Positions 16,645 to 26,642 of a DNA stretch of 64,000 bases are shown here, one piece after another. Origin of the DNA: Candidatus Parcubacteria bacterium (lineage in GTDB: Bacteria; Patescibacteriota; Minisyncoccia; Phycocordibacterales; UBA5272); the NCBI GenBank assembly GCA_039796775.1, contig JBDKJD010000003.1, positions 12,697-76,696 on the forward strand, read 5' to 3'. A program made the position numbers and the translations under genes. The notes below the pieces were generated by a model. The model had not been told where the DNA came from. It ran no database searches and saw only the letters and a list, made by a program, of their open reading frames with translations. The stretch's first letter is position 1. The number at the start of each line of letters is the position of its first letter.

Positions 16645-19200
16645 CTAATTACGCAAGTATTTATATTCCTCACAATCACATTTCTTCACTTTCTTTCCAC
16701 TACCACATGGACATGGGTCATTACGTCCTGCTTTCACCTTAGTATCTACGCCTGCTGTATTCTTATCAGCACCCGGGGCGTCAGGAATGACTTGTACGAA
16801 ATCATTCTGCATGCGCGCCTGCTGTGAAGCAAAGAAAGCGTCGATATTATCCAAGAATGAAATAAGTTCATGCTTAAGCGTATTCTCAAGTGATCTAAAT
16901 GCTCGCAATCCCTCTTTCTTGTATTCGACAAGCGGATCTCGCTGGCCATATGCTCTTAAGTTCACTGAACTACGAAGATGTTCCATTTGATCAAGATGTT
17001 CCATCCAAAGCGTATCAATAACCTGAAGCATCATGATACGGAATATGTGATGTACCGCTCCTTTGGTGTACTTCTCTTCTTTGTCTTTAATAAGCGTTTC
17101 TAGCTCAGGCTTAATAGCTATAAGTTCTTCAAAGACTTCATTAACAATACTTTCATCACCAAAAAGAATTCTTCTACGTTTTTTATAAATACTAGTGCGC
17201 TGATGATTGAGGACATCGTCATACTGAAGAGTGTGCTTGCGTGTATCGAAGTGAAATCCTTCTATCTTCTCTTGAGCGCCCTCTAGCGCACGAGATACGA
17301 GACGTGACTCAATAGGCTCATCTTCTGGGATACCAAAGCGGCCCATCATCGCTTTTATGTTATCTGATCCGAATACTCTCATAAGATCATCCTCAAGTGA
17401 GACAAAGAATTGTGTCTCACCTTTATCTCCTTGACGACCCGAACGACCTCTCAACTGATTGTCGATACGACGAGCTTCGTGACGCTCTGTACCTATAACA
17501 AAGAGCCCTCCGAGCGCTATCACTTCTTCTTTCTCGGCATCAGTCGCACTTGGTCCACCTAGCTTAATATCAACTCCACGTCCTGCCATGTTGGTAGCTA
17601 TAGTGACAGCACCACGAAGTCCGGCATTAGCGACTATCTCTCCTTCCTTCTCATGATTCTTGGCATTAAGTACAGAGTGAGGCACGCCTTCTCGTTCTAG
17701 ATACTTAGAAATAGCTTCGTTCTTTTCGATAGAGATGGTACCGATGAGAACTGGCTGCCCTTTCTCATGAAGCTCTTTGACTTTCTTTGCAAGCGCTTTC
17801 CATTTACCTTTCTCAGTCTGGAATATAAGATCTGAATGATCAATTCTATTAATCGGATTATGCGTAGGCACTGGTGTTACCACTAGTCCGTACACTTTAT
17901 AGAACTCTTCCTTAGAGGTCTCAGCTGTTCCTGTCATCCCTGCGAGCTTCTCATAAAAACGGAAGTAGTTTTGAAAGGTAATAGAAGCAAGGGTGCGAGA
18001 CTCTTGTTCAATTTTTACCCCTTCCTTTGCTTCAACTGCTTGATGAAGACCATCTGACCAGCGACGTCCTGGCTGCATACGTCCAGTGAACTCGTCGACT
18101 ATAATTACCTCTCCATCACGTACCACATACTCACGCTCACGTGCAAAAAGCGCCTCTGCTCTCACCGCTGTTTCAAGATGATGAACATACTTCATCCCTT
18201 CTACTGAATAGATATTAGAAATACCGAGCTTCTCTTCTGCTTTGTTGATACCGGATTCTGTGAGAGTGATTGCTCTTTGCTTCTCATCTACTGTGTAGTC
18301 TTCGTCTTTTACTAATGTCCTAGCAATCTTAGCGAACGTAACATACATCTCACTTGATTCTTGTGCGGGAGCAGAGATAATAAGCGGCGTACGAGCTTCG
18401 TCTATTAAGATGGAGTCGATTTCGTCAACGATTGCATAATGATGCTTACGTTGTGAAAGTTGATCTTTGTTATAGCCGATATTGTCTCTCAAATAATCAA
18501 AGCCAAATTCATTGTTAGTCCCATATGTAATATCTGCTAGATACGCCTCTTGGCGAGTGCAGGGCTTCAAGTAGTCGTAGACAATTTTGTATGAACCAAC
18601 ATCGTCACGCTCTTCGTCATCTGCTTTTTTATCTTTGTCTTCTGTTTCAGCGCTGTCATAAAGATATGATGATTGATGATTAATCACAGAAACAGTAAGC
18701 CCGAGAGCATCAAACACTTGCCCCATCCACACAGCATCTCGACGTGAAAGATAATCATTCACTGTAACAACATGCACGCCGCGACCAGAGAGAGCGTTAA
18801 GATACGCAGGAAGTGTAGCAACGAGAGTCTTTCCTTCACCTGTTCTCATTTCAGAAATATTACCCTCATGAAGAAGGATGCCTCCAATTACCTGTACACG
18901 ATAATGCATCATGTGAAGCGTGCGACGTGAGGACTCACGTACTAGAGCAAAAGCAAGAGGAAGTACTTCGTGTAAAACTTTCTTTTCCTCATGTTTTAAC
19001 TCATCTCCTTCTTTACCTTCGAGCTTGCCAATTACTTCTTTCTTAAGAGAAAGCCCTCTTTCCTTTAATTCTTCATCTGAAAGAGCTTTTAGCTCCTCCT
19101 CATATGAAAAAACCTTATCTACTAAAGGAAGAAGTTTCTTGATAGTCTTCTTAGACTCATCGGGGAAAAACTTTTCTAAAAATGGTATTCCAAGTGACAT
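16645..19200 (-). CDS. secA: preprotein translocase ATPase SecA
   Basis: 851 aa; DEAD-like motor motifs, C-terminal CPCGSGKKVKKC zinc-binding tail. Confidence 0.9.
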   Translation of the reverse strand: MSLGIPFLEKFFPDESKKTIKKLLPLVDKVFSYEEELKALSDEELKERGLSLKKEVIGKLEGKEGDELKHEEKKVLHEVLPLAFALVRESSRRTLHMMHYRVQVIGGILLHEGNISEMRTGEGKTLVATLPAYLNALSGRGVHVVTVNDYLSRRDAVWMGQVFDALGLTVSVINHQSSYLYDSAETEDKDKKADDEERDDVGSYKIVYDYLKPCTRQEAYLADITYGTNNEFGFDYLRDNIGYNKDQLSQRKHHYAIVDEIDSILIDEARTPLIISAPAQESSEMYVTFAKIARTLVKDEDYTVDEKQRAITLTESGINKAEEKLGISNIYSVEGMKYVHHLETAVRAEALFAREREYVVRDGEVIIVDEFTGRMQPGRRWSDGLHQAVEAKEGVKIEQESRTLASITFQNYFRFYEKLAGMTGTAETSKEEFYKVYGLVVTPVPTHNPINRIDHSDLIFQTEKGKWKALAKKVKELHEKGQPVLIGTISIEKNEAISKYLEREGVPHSVLNAKNHEKEGEIVANAGLRGAVTIATNMAGRGVDIKLGGPSATDAEKEEVIALGGLFVIGTERHEARRIDNQLRGRSGRQGDKGETQFFVSLEDDLMRVFGSDNIKAMMGRFGIPEDEPIESRLVSRALEGAQEKIEGFHFDTRKHTLQYDDVLNHQRTSIYKKRRRILFGDESIVNEVFEELIAIKPELETLIKDKEEKYTKGAVHHIFRIMMLQVIDTLWMEHLDQMEHLRSSVNLRAYGQRDPLVEYKKEGLRAFRSLENTLKHELISFLDNIDAFFASQQARMQNDFVQVIPDAPGADKNTAGVDTKVKAGRNDPCPCGSGKKVKKCDCEEYKYLRN

Positions 19201-19235
19201 AATCAGGCAATTATACCATAAATAGAGCTTAGTTG

Positions 19236-19565
19236 TTAGATGCTTGATTTTAGATTTTCTTTATATTCTGTAATCTTGTCGACGATATCTGGCCGGAGTT
19301 CTTGATCTGTTATTATTCTATACCCAGTTGATTTCCACCCCCACGCACTACTGTTAGAAATAGTATTTTTGGGAATAGTGCCTGCAGCTATAACTCGCCA
19401 TCCTGTTTTGCCCAGATGGGCACTGACCAGGTCTTTATGATATATAACCGCACCCAAAAGTAGATCATCACTTTCAAGTAGAGGAAACTTTTCCTGTGCA
19501 GATTCATCACATGAAAGCACTCCAAGGTATACGATATTCATTTTCAAATAAATATCCGTACGCAA
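19236..19565 (-). CDS. hypothetical protein
   Basis: ORF only. Confidence 0.3.
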   Translation of the reverse strand: MRTDIYLKMNIVYLGVLSCDESAQEKFPLLESDDLLLGAVIYHKDLVSAHLGKTGWRVIAAGTIPKNTISNSSAWGWKSTGYRIITDQELRPDIVDKITEYKENLKSSI

Positions 19566-19568
19566 AAC

Positions 19569-19598
19569 AAAAACACTCCATGGGAGTGGAGTGTTTTT
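19569..19598 (-). terminator. rho-independent terminator hairpin
   Basis: aaaaacactccat-ggg-agtggagtgttttt. Confidence 0.6.
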
Positions 19599-19610
19599 GC
19601 GACTTGCGTA

Positions 19611-19724
19611 CTATGCACGCTTTGCTGTCTTCTTTGCGGCTTTCTTCTTTGGAGCAGCTTTCTTCACAGCCTTCTTGACTGCTTTCTTAGCTACTTTCTT
19701 TACCGCTTTCTTTTTTGCTGCCAT
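19611..19724 (-). CDS. 37-aa Lys/Ala-rich histone H1-like basic protein
   Basis: MAAKKKAVKKVAKKAVKKAVKKAAPKKKAAKKTAKRA; own terminator downstream; below track cutoff. Confidence 0.45.
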   Translation of the reverse strand: MAAKKKAVKKVAKKAVKKAVKKAAPKKKAAKKTAKRA

Positions 19725-19954
19725 AAAATTTTTATTATGCAAATAAGAGAGTTCTAATAAATTTTGATCACGACCAATGATCAGTACTCTCTATGCATAA
19801 GTATGACATTCATACATAGACACACAAGTATAATTAAAATTATTTCTGTGGATAACTTACTAAAAATATTTTTATTGTCATGTTTCGTTTATGCAAATGC
19901 GAAGAAGTCGCAAAAATAGTTGCTAGTTACTAGTTTGTAGTTAATAGATAATAC

Positions 19955-19986
19955 AAGAACTGGCACCCCAATGGGTGCCAGTTCTT
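19955..19986 (-). terminator. GC-core hairpin (aagaactggcacccca-atgggtgccagttctt) downstream of SET gene
   Basis: Perfect 13-bp stem; core motif also at 6626..6648. Confidence 0.5.
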
Positions 19987-20011
19987 GCTAGTAACCAGTA
20001 ACTAGTAACAA

Positions 20012-20566
20012 TTAACTAGCGGCCATTGCTCCGTAGCTGTGCTTCTTGGCTGTGCATCTACATCCATATGGCGCAATATGTTCCTTTACGAATTCTTCTC
20101 CGTAATCATAAACAATTTCATCGCCCTCTTTGATATTTTTGATAGCACGTATAAAGACACGACCCTTTTTAATTTCACTTTCTGCGTTAGCTGCCTCCTC
20201 ACACGCATGATTACAGTAGCGCGCAATATTCCATCTTGGAGTACCGTCAATTGTTCTATTACGTGTAACTTCGAAGAGATACTGACTTGTTGCTTTTTTG
20301 TCAGCTTGTTCTTTGTTAAGAATCTCTCCGATGTATTCAATGATGAGTTCCCCTTTCTTGATATCTTCACCTGCGAAGAGACCTAAGCCTGCTAAGCCGC
20401 GCTTTGCTTTTACTTTTTTAAAATGATGATCCGGCAACTTTTCTGTTACTTCTTTTGTTGTCCCTTTTTTTGACACAGTCTTTGCAACTTTCTTTGTAAT
20501 CTTTTTCTCTACTTCCTGTGAGAGCTTTCCTCCTTTCTTTAAAATCTTTGATTGTTTATCTAACAT
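20012..20566 (-). CDS. SET-domain protein lysine methyltransferase with Lys-rich N-terminal tail
   Basis: GLGLFAGEDIKKGELIIEYIGEIL, RYCNHACEEAANAE, DEIVYDYGEEF, post-SET CRC. Confidence 0.7.
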   Translation of the reverse strand: MLDKQSKILKKGGKLSQEVEKKITKKVAKTVSKKGTTKEVTEKLPDHHFKKVKAKRGLAGLGLFAGEDIKKGELIIEYIGEILNKEQADKKATSQYLFEVTRNRTIDGTPRWNIARYCNHACEEAANAESEIKKGRVFIRAIKNIKEGDEIVYDYGEEFVKEHIAPYGCRCTAKKHSYGAMAAS

Positions 20567-20637
20567 AATGAAAATAAGGATACTATATATATAGAGACCT
20601 CAGCAATAGAATATAAATATGGTAGTATTCTTTATAT

Positions 20638-22764
20638 ATGAAACAAGTTCCAGAGAAACTATTACAACCATATAATGCACAAGAGATAGAGCCCGGTCTT
20701 TACAAGACGTGGGAAGACTCTGGGTACTTTAACCCGGACAATCTTCCTGGCGAGAGAAAAGAGGCTTTTACTGTTGTCATGCCACCTCCGAACGCTAACG
20801 GCTCTCTTCACGCCGGGCACGCACTCTTTGTGACGATCCAGGATATTTTAATCAGATACCACAGAATGAATGGCAAGAATGCCCTGTGGCTCCCCGGCTC
20901 TGATCATGCAGGTTTTGAGACACAAGTTGTGTATGAGAAGAAGCTAGAGAAAGAAGGGCGTTCACGTTTTGATATGAAGAGAGAGGACCTTTATAAAGAG
21001 ATTCTCGACTTTACCCTCTCCAACAAATCCTTTATGGAAGGGCAACTACGACAACTCGGGGCATCATGTGATTGGTCTCGCTCTCTGTTTACGCTAGATG
21101 AAAGAGTTATTAAGACTGTATATAATACTTTTTCTAAACTAAATGAAGATGGTCTACTTTATAGAGGAAAGCGTATCGTTAACTGGTGTCCGAAACATCA
21201 GACGTCTCTATCTAACCTAGAAACATCTCACGTAACCCGTAAGGACCCGTTCTATTATTTTAAATACGGACCGTTCACGATTGGAACTGTTAGACCTGAA
21301 ACAAAATTTGGTGACAAGTATGTCGTGATGCATCCCGATGATGCGCGTTATAAAGAATTTGCTCATGGGCAAAAGATAACTGTTGAGTGGATTAACGGAC
21401 CAATCGAAGCAACAATCATTAAAGATGAGACGAGTGACCCAGAATTCGGAACGGGTGTTATGACTATCACACCGTGGCACTCTGGTGTCGACTTTGACAT
21501 TGCTAAGCGTCACAACCTTGATATGGAGCAGATTATAGATGAGCGCGGAAAGTTGCTCCCTGTTGCAGGAGAATTCGCTGGGATGAACATAAAAGATGCT
21601 CGTGCGAAGATTGTAGAAAAGCTAGAGAGTAAAGGACTACTTGTTAAGACTGACACCGAATATTCCCATGAAGTTTCTGTTTGTTATAAATGTGAACGCG
21701 AGATAGAACCTCAAGTGAAAGCCCAATGGTTCGTAACTATGAAACCACTTGCTGAGAAGGCGGTGAGCGCACTTGATAAGGGCGAATTCAGAATCCTTAC
21801 CGACCAGCATGAGAAAGTTTTCCGTCACTGGATGGGTAACGTACAGGACTGGAACATCTCACGTCAGATTGTGTGGGGGATTCCAATACCGGCTAAGATA
21901 TGTGACGCCTGTGATAAAGGTTTCGTAGACATCGCGGGCGAGAAGGCTTCCTGTGAATCATGTGGAGGGCAATTACGTCAAGAAGCTGATACCTTTGATA
22001 CATGGTTCTCATCAGGACAATGGCCGTTGACGACGACAGGATTCCCTGATGGCGACGACTTTAAGAAGTTTTATCCAACTGCGGTGATGGAAACCGCAGC
22101 TGATATTCTTTTCTTCTGGGTTGCTCGCATGGTAATGTTTGGCCTCTACCTGACTAATGAAGTGCCATTTAAAGACATCTACCTACACGGACTTGTTCGT
22201 GATGCGCACGGAAAGAAGATGAGTAAGAGTAAAGGTAACGTCATTTCCCCTCTTGAAGTATCTAATGAGTACGGGACAGATGCACTAAGAATGGGACTCA
22301 TTGTGAATAACGCACCAGGTGTCGACATGAACCTCGACCCGAAAAAAGTAGGTGCCTATAAAAAATTTGCCAACAAAATCTGGAATGCCACGCGCTTCGT
22401 ACTCGAAAAGACAACTGACTACGAAGAATCAGATACTGCGTTTACAAAAGAAGACCAAGAACTCTACGATGCTTGGATCGTTGTAAAGAATGATATTACC
22501 TCCGACCTAGAGAACTATCGTCTTCATCTCGCATCAGAAAAGATATATGACTACTTCTGGAAAACATTCTGTGACAGTATTATAGAAACTAGAAAAACAA
22601 GAATTCTTGAGGATAAAGAAAAGACCAGTGCCCAGAAACTTCTTCTTATACTTCTTCGAGAGCAACTCATTGTACTCCACCCGTTCATGCCTTTTATTAC
22701 AGAAGAAATTTGGAAGGATATTAAGAGAGAAGATGATGAGATGCTTCTGGTGACAAGATGGTAG
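20638..22764 (+). CDS. valS: valyl-tRNA synthetase (compact form)
   Basis: PPPNANGSLHAGHAL (HIGH), KMSKSKGN; ValRS-type editing/catalytic layout; 708 aa. Confidence 0.8.
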   Translation: MKQVPEKLLQPYNAQEIEPGLYKTWEDSGYFNPDNLPGERKEAFTVVMPPPNANGSLHAGHALFVTIQDILIRYHRMNGKNALWLPGSDHAGFETQVVYEKKLEKEGRSRFDMKREDLYKEILDFTLSNKSFMEGQLRQLGASCDWSRSLFTLDERVIKTVYNTFSKLNEDGLLYRGKRIVNWCPKHQTSLSNLETSHVTRKDPFYYFKYGPFTIGTVRPETKFGDKYVVMHPDDARYKEFAHGQKITVEWINGPIEATIIKDETSDPEFGTGVMTITPWHSGVDFDIAKRHNLDMEQIIDERGKLLPVAGEFAGMNIKDARAKIVEKLESKGLLVKTDTEYSHEVSVCYKCEREIEPQVKAQWFVTMKPLAEKAVSALDKGEFRILTDQHEKVFRHWMGNVQDWNISRQIVWGIPIPAKICDACDKGFVDIAGEKASCESCGGQLRQEADTFDTWFSSGQWPLTTTGFPDGDDFKKFYPTAVMETAADILFFWVARMVMFGLYLTNEVPFKDIYLHGLVRDAHGKKMSKSKGNVISPLEVSNEYGTDALRMGLIVNNAPGVDMNLDPKKVGAYKKFANKIWNATRFVLEKTTDYEESDTAFTKEDQELYDAWIVVKNDITSDLENYRLHLASEKIYDYFWKTFCDSIIETRKTRILEDKEKTSAQKLLLILLREQLIVLHPFMPFITEEIWKDIKREDDEMLLVTRW

Positions 22765-22955
22765 AATACAACCTTTAGCTCTTAGCTGTTAGTATTTAGC
22801 AAATACAAAACTTCATACTTAGAGTATTCTTCTGTTTTACGCTAAGAGCTCATCGCTAAAAGCTAACAGCTGCACATCTGTGGATTACTTTCGTTTTACT
22901 TAACAAAATACGTATATACTAGATCTATACACACCTAGGTCTTAATTATTTACGT

Positions 22956-23516
22956 ATGCTTAAAGAAAAAAAATCATTTTTTGAACGACTTGCAGGTTCT
23001 ATTTCAGTTGAAGAAGACGAAGATCAAATAGAATTTCAACCAGAGCAAGACGATGAAAAGGAAGAGATGACTCCAGTGCGCCAAGCAGCTCCATCAAGAG
23101 CAGCTTCTCCTGCTATTACACACGCAACTCTCCCAACGAGATCAAAGATTCATCACATCGAAGAAGAGGAAGAAGAGCCTGTAGAAGAAGGTGAGCTTTC
23201 CGTAGATGTTTATCAGACACAGAACGAGATCATCATAGAAGCTATGGTAGCTGGAGTTAAGCCTGAAGACCTTCATATCTCTATTACTCGTGATATGGTG
23301 ACAGTACGTGGAAGACGTGATGGTAACACATCTGTTGGTCATGATGATTATTTTTATAAAGAACTTTATTGGGGAACATTTACTAGAACAATACTTCTTC
23401 CTCATGAAGTAGAGATAGAAGAAGCAGAGGCCGTAGAGAAGCATGGACTTTTAATACTCAGACTTCCAAAAGTCGACAAAGCCCGTCAAACAAAACTAAA
23501 AGTAAAAAGTATCTAA
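22956..23516 (+). CDS. Hsp20/alpha-crystallin small heat-shock protein with acidic N-terminal extension
   Basis: ELSVDVYQTQNEIIIEAMVAGVKPEDLHISI...VTVRG alpha-crystallin domain. Confidence 0.75.
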   Translation: MLKEKKSFFERLAGSISVEEDEDQIEFQPEQDDEKEEMTPVRQAAPSRAASPAITHATLPTRSKIHHIEEEEEEPVEEGELSVDVYQTQNEIIIEAMVAGVKPEDLHISITRDMVTVRGRRDGNTSVGHDDYFYKELYWGTFTRTILLPHEVEIEEAEAVEKHGLLILRLPKVDKARQTKLKVKSI

Positions 23517-23586
23517 ACCACACGTACCGATCAATGATCGGTACTTTGTTATGTAGTGTTTATAAAAAATTTAATACAATCTCATT

Positions 23587-23814
23587 ATGAAAGATACATG
23601 TCACGAAAATCACGGTAGATCTATTGGTAAAGCAATCAGCTATAGAGTGGTGAGTATTATTGCAGACCTCGCTCTTGTATTTATTTTAACCAGAAAGATA
23701 GAACTAACGCTTGGTATAGTATTACTCAGTAATACAGCAAGTGTATTCATTTATTATTTCCATGAGCGTGCTTGGAATAATATTCACTTAGGAAGACGAC
23801 CTAAGTCAGAATAA
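23587..23814 (+). CDS. small membrane protein (DUF2061-like)
   Basis: 75 aa, two TM segments. Confidence 0.35.
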   Translation: MKDTCHENHGRSIGKAISYRVVSIIADLALVFILTRKIELTLGIVLLSNTASVFIYYFHERAWNNIHLGRRPKSE

Positions 23815-23843
23815 CAAAATCCCCTTACGGGGATTTTGTTATT
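23810..23843. terminator. bidirectional terminator hairpin
   Basis: aataacaaaatcccc-ttac-ggggattttgttatt. Confidence 0.65.
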
Positions 23844-23868
23844 CCCAAACTCTCTCTACAGAGTATTA

Positions 23869-24687
23869 TTATGGGATAGTGACACTTGTAGTGTTAGAAT
23901 ACGCGGAGAATCCTCCTGTGTTAAATGCTCTTACTTTGTAATAATAGGTAGTGCCGCTCACTACACCGAAATTATTATTTGAAGTAACTCCAGCTGTTGT
24001 AGAAGCAACAACAGAGAAGGAAATATTATCTAAACTTCTTTCCAATAAAAACCCTGTTTCATTATTTGAATTATCAATCCAAGTAGAGGATACATAGGTT
24101 GAAGTGCCTGTTGTTACAACTGAAGATGATAACCCACTAGGAGCTATAGGTGCAGCAGGAGTATAGGTAATTACAGTTTGTATATTACTAAGACGAGCCC
24201 CTCCTGTGCCTGATGTATAGACAGCCCCTACTTCAAAAGTGGTGGAGGCATCCTTGACGATAGAGAGTCCTGAGAAATTAGTAGCAGTAAGCACTGTTGG
24301 TGTAGTACCTGAAAGTGAGTAACTTCCAGTATCAGCACTATCTGAACCATTTACTCTATAAAAAAGATTCATCGTTGATGCTCCAGAACTTTTATTCTTT
24401 GAAGCGCAAGGAGTTATAGCAACTGCTGTTATCGTTGATCCGTCTGGTATAGAACTGAGCGAAATACCAAAAGAGTCTCTTGATCCTGTAACTGTAGTGC
24501 GTACGTAATCAGTTAATCCATTACATGAAGACTCGTCAACTAATGTGTAATGAGTCGATCCAGTTGATGGGGTCCAAGCGTTATATGTACCAACAGAACT
24601 AGGGAAAAGTGCAGACGTTACTAAAGCAGAAGCAATCATAAGACTACTTAACAAAACCCCTGACGTGATAATTTTATTTTTTAACAT
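23869..24687 (-). CDS. secreted Ser/Thr-rich protein with C-terminal fibronectin type III-like domain
   Basis: Signal peptide; C-terminal ...TYYYKVRAFNTGGFSAYSNTTSVTIP FN3 signature. Confidence 0.5.
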   Translation of the reverse strand: MLKNKIITSGVLLSSLMIASALVTSALFPSSVGTYNAWTPSTGSTHYTLVDESSCNGLTDYVRTTVTGSRDSFGISLSSIPDGSTITAVAITPCASKNKSSGASTMNLFYRVNGSDSADTGSYSLSGTTPTVLTATNFSGLSIVKDASTTFEVGAVYTSGTGGARLSNIQTVITYTPAAPIAPSGLSSSVVTTGTSTYVSSTWIDNSNNETGFLLERSLDNISFSVVASTTAGVTSNNNFGVVSGTTYYYKVRAFNTGGFSAYSNTTSVTIP

Positions 24688-24877
24688 GTACTATATACAA
24701 TTAATTCTTTTAATATTAAAAGTATAGTCTATCTGAGTAATTAAAGAAGTGCATATACCTCATTCAACTATCTTTTGTAAAAGATAGGTGAAATTTATTT
24801 TGTTGGAGTAGATAGATGACTAGTCATTACTTTGATATTTTGTGTATACAAATATGCTTGACCACGGATTACTGATA

Positions 24878-24895
24878 GTGCTTGGACCCAGGCTC
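24878..24895. repeat. 18-nt direct copy of tRNA-Phe 3' end (gtgcttggacccaggctc), copy 3
   Basis: Identical to 25409..25426 and 25212..25229; degenerate 4th copy 24973..24986. Confidence 0.7.
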
Positions 24896-25211
24896 AATCA
24901 ACATTCGCTATCGCTCATGTTGATTTTAAGAACCACTCGGTTCTTAACGCTTCGCTTTATTTGAGAAATCAATGGACCTAGGCTCGGTCATTACTTTGGT
25001 ATTTTATGTCGTAACTTCGTTACTCATAAAACACTCAAAGTTTTGACCTAAAGAAAAACCGACAAGTAAACAAGTCACAAAAATAAGGAGCTCAATTTTT
25101 ATGACTTGTTTACTTGTATACCGGTTTTCCGTTCGAGCCTGTCGGGCAACACTTCGGTGTTGCTCTGTCCAAGCACCATAACAAAATCCCCTTAACGGGG
25201 ATTTTGTTATG

Positions 25212-25229
25212 GTGCTTGGACCCAGGCTC
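25212..25229. repeat. 18-nt direct copy of tRNA-Phe 3' end, copy 2, embedded in 23-bp-stem hairpin 25169..25219
   Basis: gtgcttggacccaggctc; hairpin ccaagcaccataacaaaatcccc-ttaac-ggggattttgttatggtgcttgg. Confidence 0.7.
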
Positions 25230-25410
25230 TCCGACAAGTATTTGTTCGCCGCCGCTCACAAATCTCGCCGGCCACTCCTCGCCATCGCGCGTGCTCGCTC
25301 GATAAGGCTCCGGCTTTCTCGCCTGTCGATTGTGACGCAGGTCACAATCTCTCCTTCGCAGCAAACACTAAAATACCACCTTTATGAAAAGGTGGTATTT
25401 TAGTGTTTGT

Positions 25411-25482
25411 GCTTGGACCCAGGCTCGAACTGGGGACCTATTCCTCTTCAGGGAAGCGCTCTACCAACTGAGCTATCCAAGC
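25411..25482 (-). tRNA. tRNA-Phe (GAA)
   Basis: Revcomp gcttggatagctcagttggtagagcgcttccctgaagaggaataggtccccagttcgagcctgggtccaagc folds as cloverleaf with anticodon GAA; followed by 18-bp-stem terminator hairpin 25363..25408. Confidence 0.85.
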
Positions 25483-25532
25483 TTACTTATTAGGCAATTC
25501 TACCACAAAAAGTATCGACTTTCAAAGCGGTA

Positions 25533-25862
25533 CTACTCTCCGCTTGTCGCTGATTTTTTGAGACCTTCTATCAATGTATTGATAAGTTTTGCTTCTGGAA
25601 GATTACTATTAAGAGCGTTGAGCTGATTGATTGTTGTCTGTAATTTAGTTCCATTTTCTTGTAGATAAGAGACAGCTGGACGAATATAATAATACGCTCC
25701 ACCAATAGCACCAAGAATAACCACCCAATATAGTAAACGGAAAGCACTAGAGACATACTGCTGTCGTCGTAGTGACTGAAGAATGTCATGATTCTCAAGA
25801 GTCATTTCATAGACCAAATCTAACTTTTCTTCATTGGTGAGTTTTTTGTTAAGCATATGCAT
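25533..25862 (-). CDS. hypothetical membrane protein
   Basis: ORF with one TM. Confidence 0.3.
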   Translation of the reverse strand: MHMLNKKLTNEEKLDLVYEMTLENHDILQSLRRQQYVSSAFRLLYWVVILGAIGGAYYYIRPAVSYLQENGTKLQTTINQLNALNSNLPEAKLINTLIEGLKKSATSGE

Positions 25863-25931
25863 AATAGTATATCCTACTTACCCTCTCATCAAAAGAATAA
25901 ATATGTTAGAATCGAAACTACACAAATAAAA

Positions 25932-26003
25932 GCTCTCGTAGTTCAATGGATAGAACAGTCCCGTCCTAAGGGATTAATGTGGGTTCGATTCCTGCCGAGA
26001 GCA
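25932..26003 (+). tRNA. tRNA-Arg (CCU)
   Basis: gctctcgtagttcaatggatagaacagtcccgtcctaagggattaatgtgggttcgattcctgccgagagca; acceptor gctctcg/cgagagc, TTCGATT T-loop, anticodon loop gtCCTaa. Confidence 0.65.
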
Positions 26004-26046
26004 CAACCATGTGAGATAGACTGAAATGTTTATGAAGTAATTGAAT

Positions 26047-26454
26047 CTACTCTTTTGGATTTTCAAACCTTAAAATTCTATTCGCATCATCATCCCTTTT
26101 TCTTTGTTGAGTAAGTGTTTGTAGTTGAGCAAGATAAATGTCTACCCAATCTAACAGTACCCTTTTTTCTGTTTCTGAAGTATTTGCTTCCGTCATTGAA
26201 AAAATAATAAGAGTGATGTCAATCATTTCTCCACGAGAGAAATGCTCTGTTGCGAGAGATGCAGCAGATTCTTTGTTTACCAAACCAAAATTCATCTGTT
26301 TATACAGCTCCAAAATAGCGTTTGCTGTAGCTTCTTTGTTGTTCATCACTTGATCAACGTCGATTAGATCCATTGTTGCTTTTCTTTGATCCTCAGTTCT
26401 ATGTTCTCTTCTTGGTTGACCAGGGTCACTTGGATTCAATTGTATTGGAGGCAT
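26047..26454 (-). CDS. hypothetical protein
   Basis: ORF only. Confidence 0.3.
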   Translation of the reverse strand: MPPIQLNPSDPGQPRREHRTEDQRKATMDLIDVDQVMNNKEATANAILELYKQMNFGLVNKESAASLATEHFSRGEMIDITLIIFSMTEANTSETEKRVLLDWVDIYLAQLQTLTQQRKRDDDANRILRFENPKE

Positions 26455-26590
26455 ATTTTTAAGTATATCAAAAATGTAAGCATATTTTTTAGAAAATACC
26501 CATGACCGGGTGGGGTCAAAATAGATTTTCTAAAATCGCCAGGGAATCCTTACGGGGCTTGATTGTATACATTCCGAGACTTGGCAACAG

Positions 26591-26642
26591 CACATGAATG
26601 GTAAAAGACCGAGAAACCTCTCGGTCTTTTACCATTCATGTG
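26591..26642. repeat. perfect 24-bp-stem hairpin
   Basis: cacatgaatggtaaaagaccgaga-aacc-tctcggtcttttaccattcatgtg. Confidence 0.7.

Noticed and set aside
16787-19225. Small ORFs antisense to secA (16746..16949, 16787..16990, 18920..19225)
   Set aside because: Embedded in a highly conserved long gene; typical shadow ORFs
22780-22880. ttagc/gctaa-rich intergenic stretches (also 38440..38500, 46540..46580, 46940..46985, 45300..45330, 34190..34215)
   Set aside because: Appear to be stop-codon-rich AT-biased spacers and short palindromic terminator stems rather than a specific repeat family
25004-25403. Several 63-84 aa ORFs on both strands next to tRNA-Phe
   Set aside because: Region is a mosaic of tRNA-fragment repeats, long hairpins and a GC-rich insert; ORFs overlap each other and lack SD/start context
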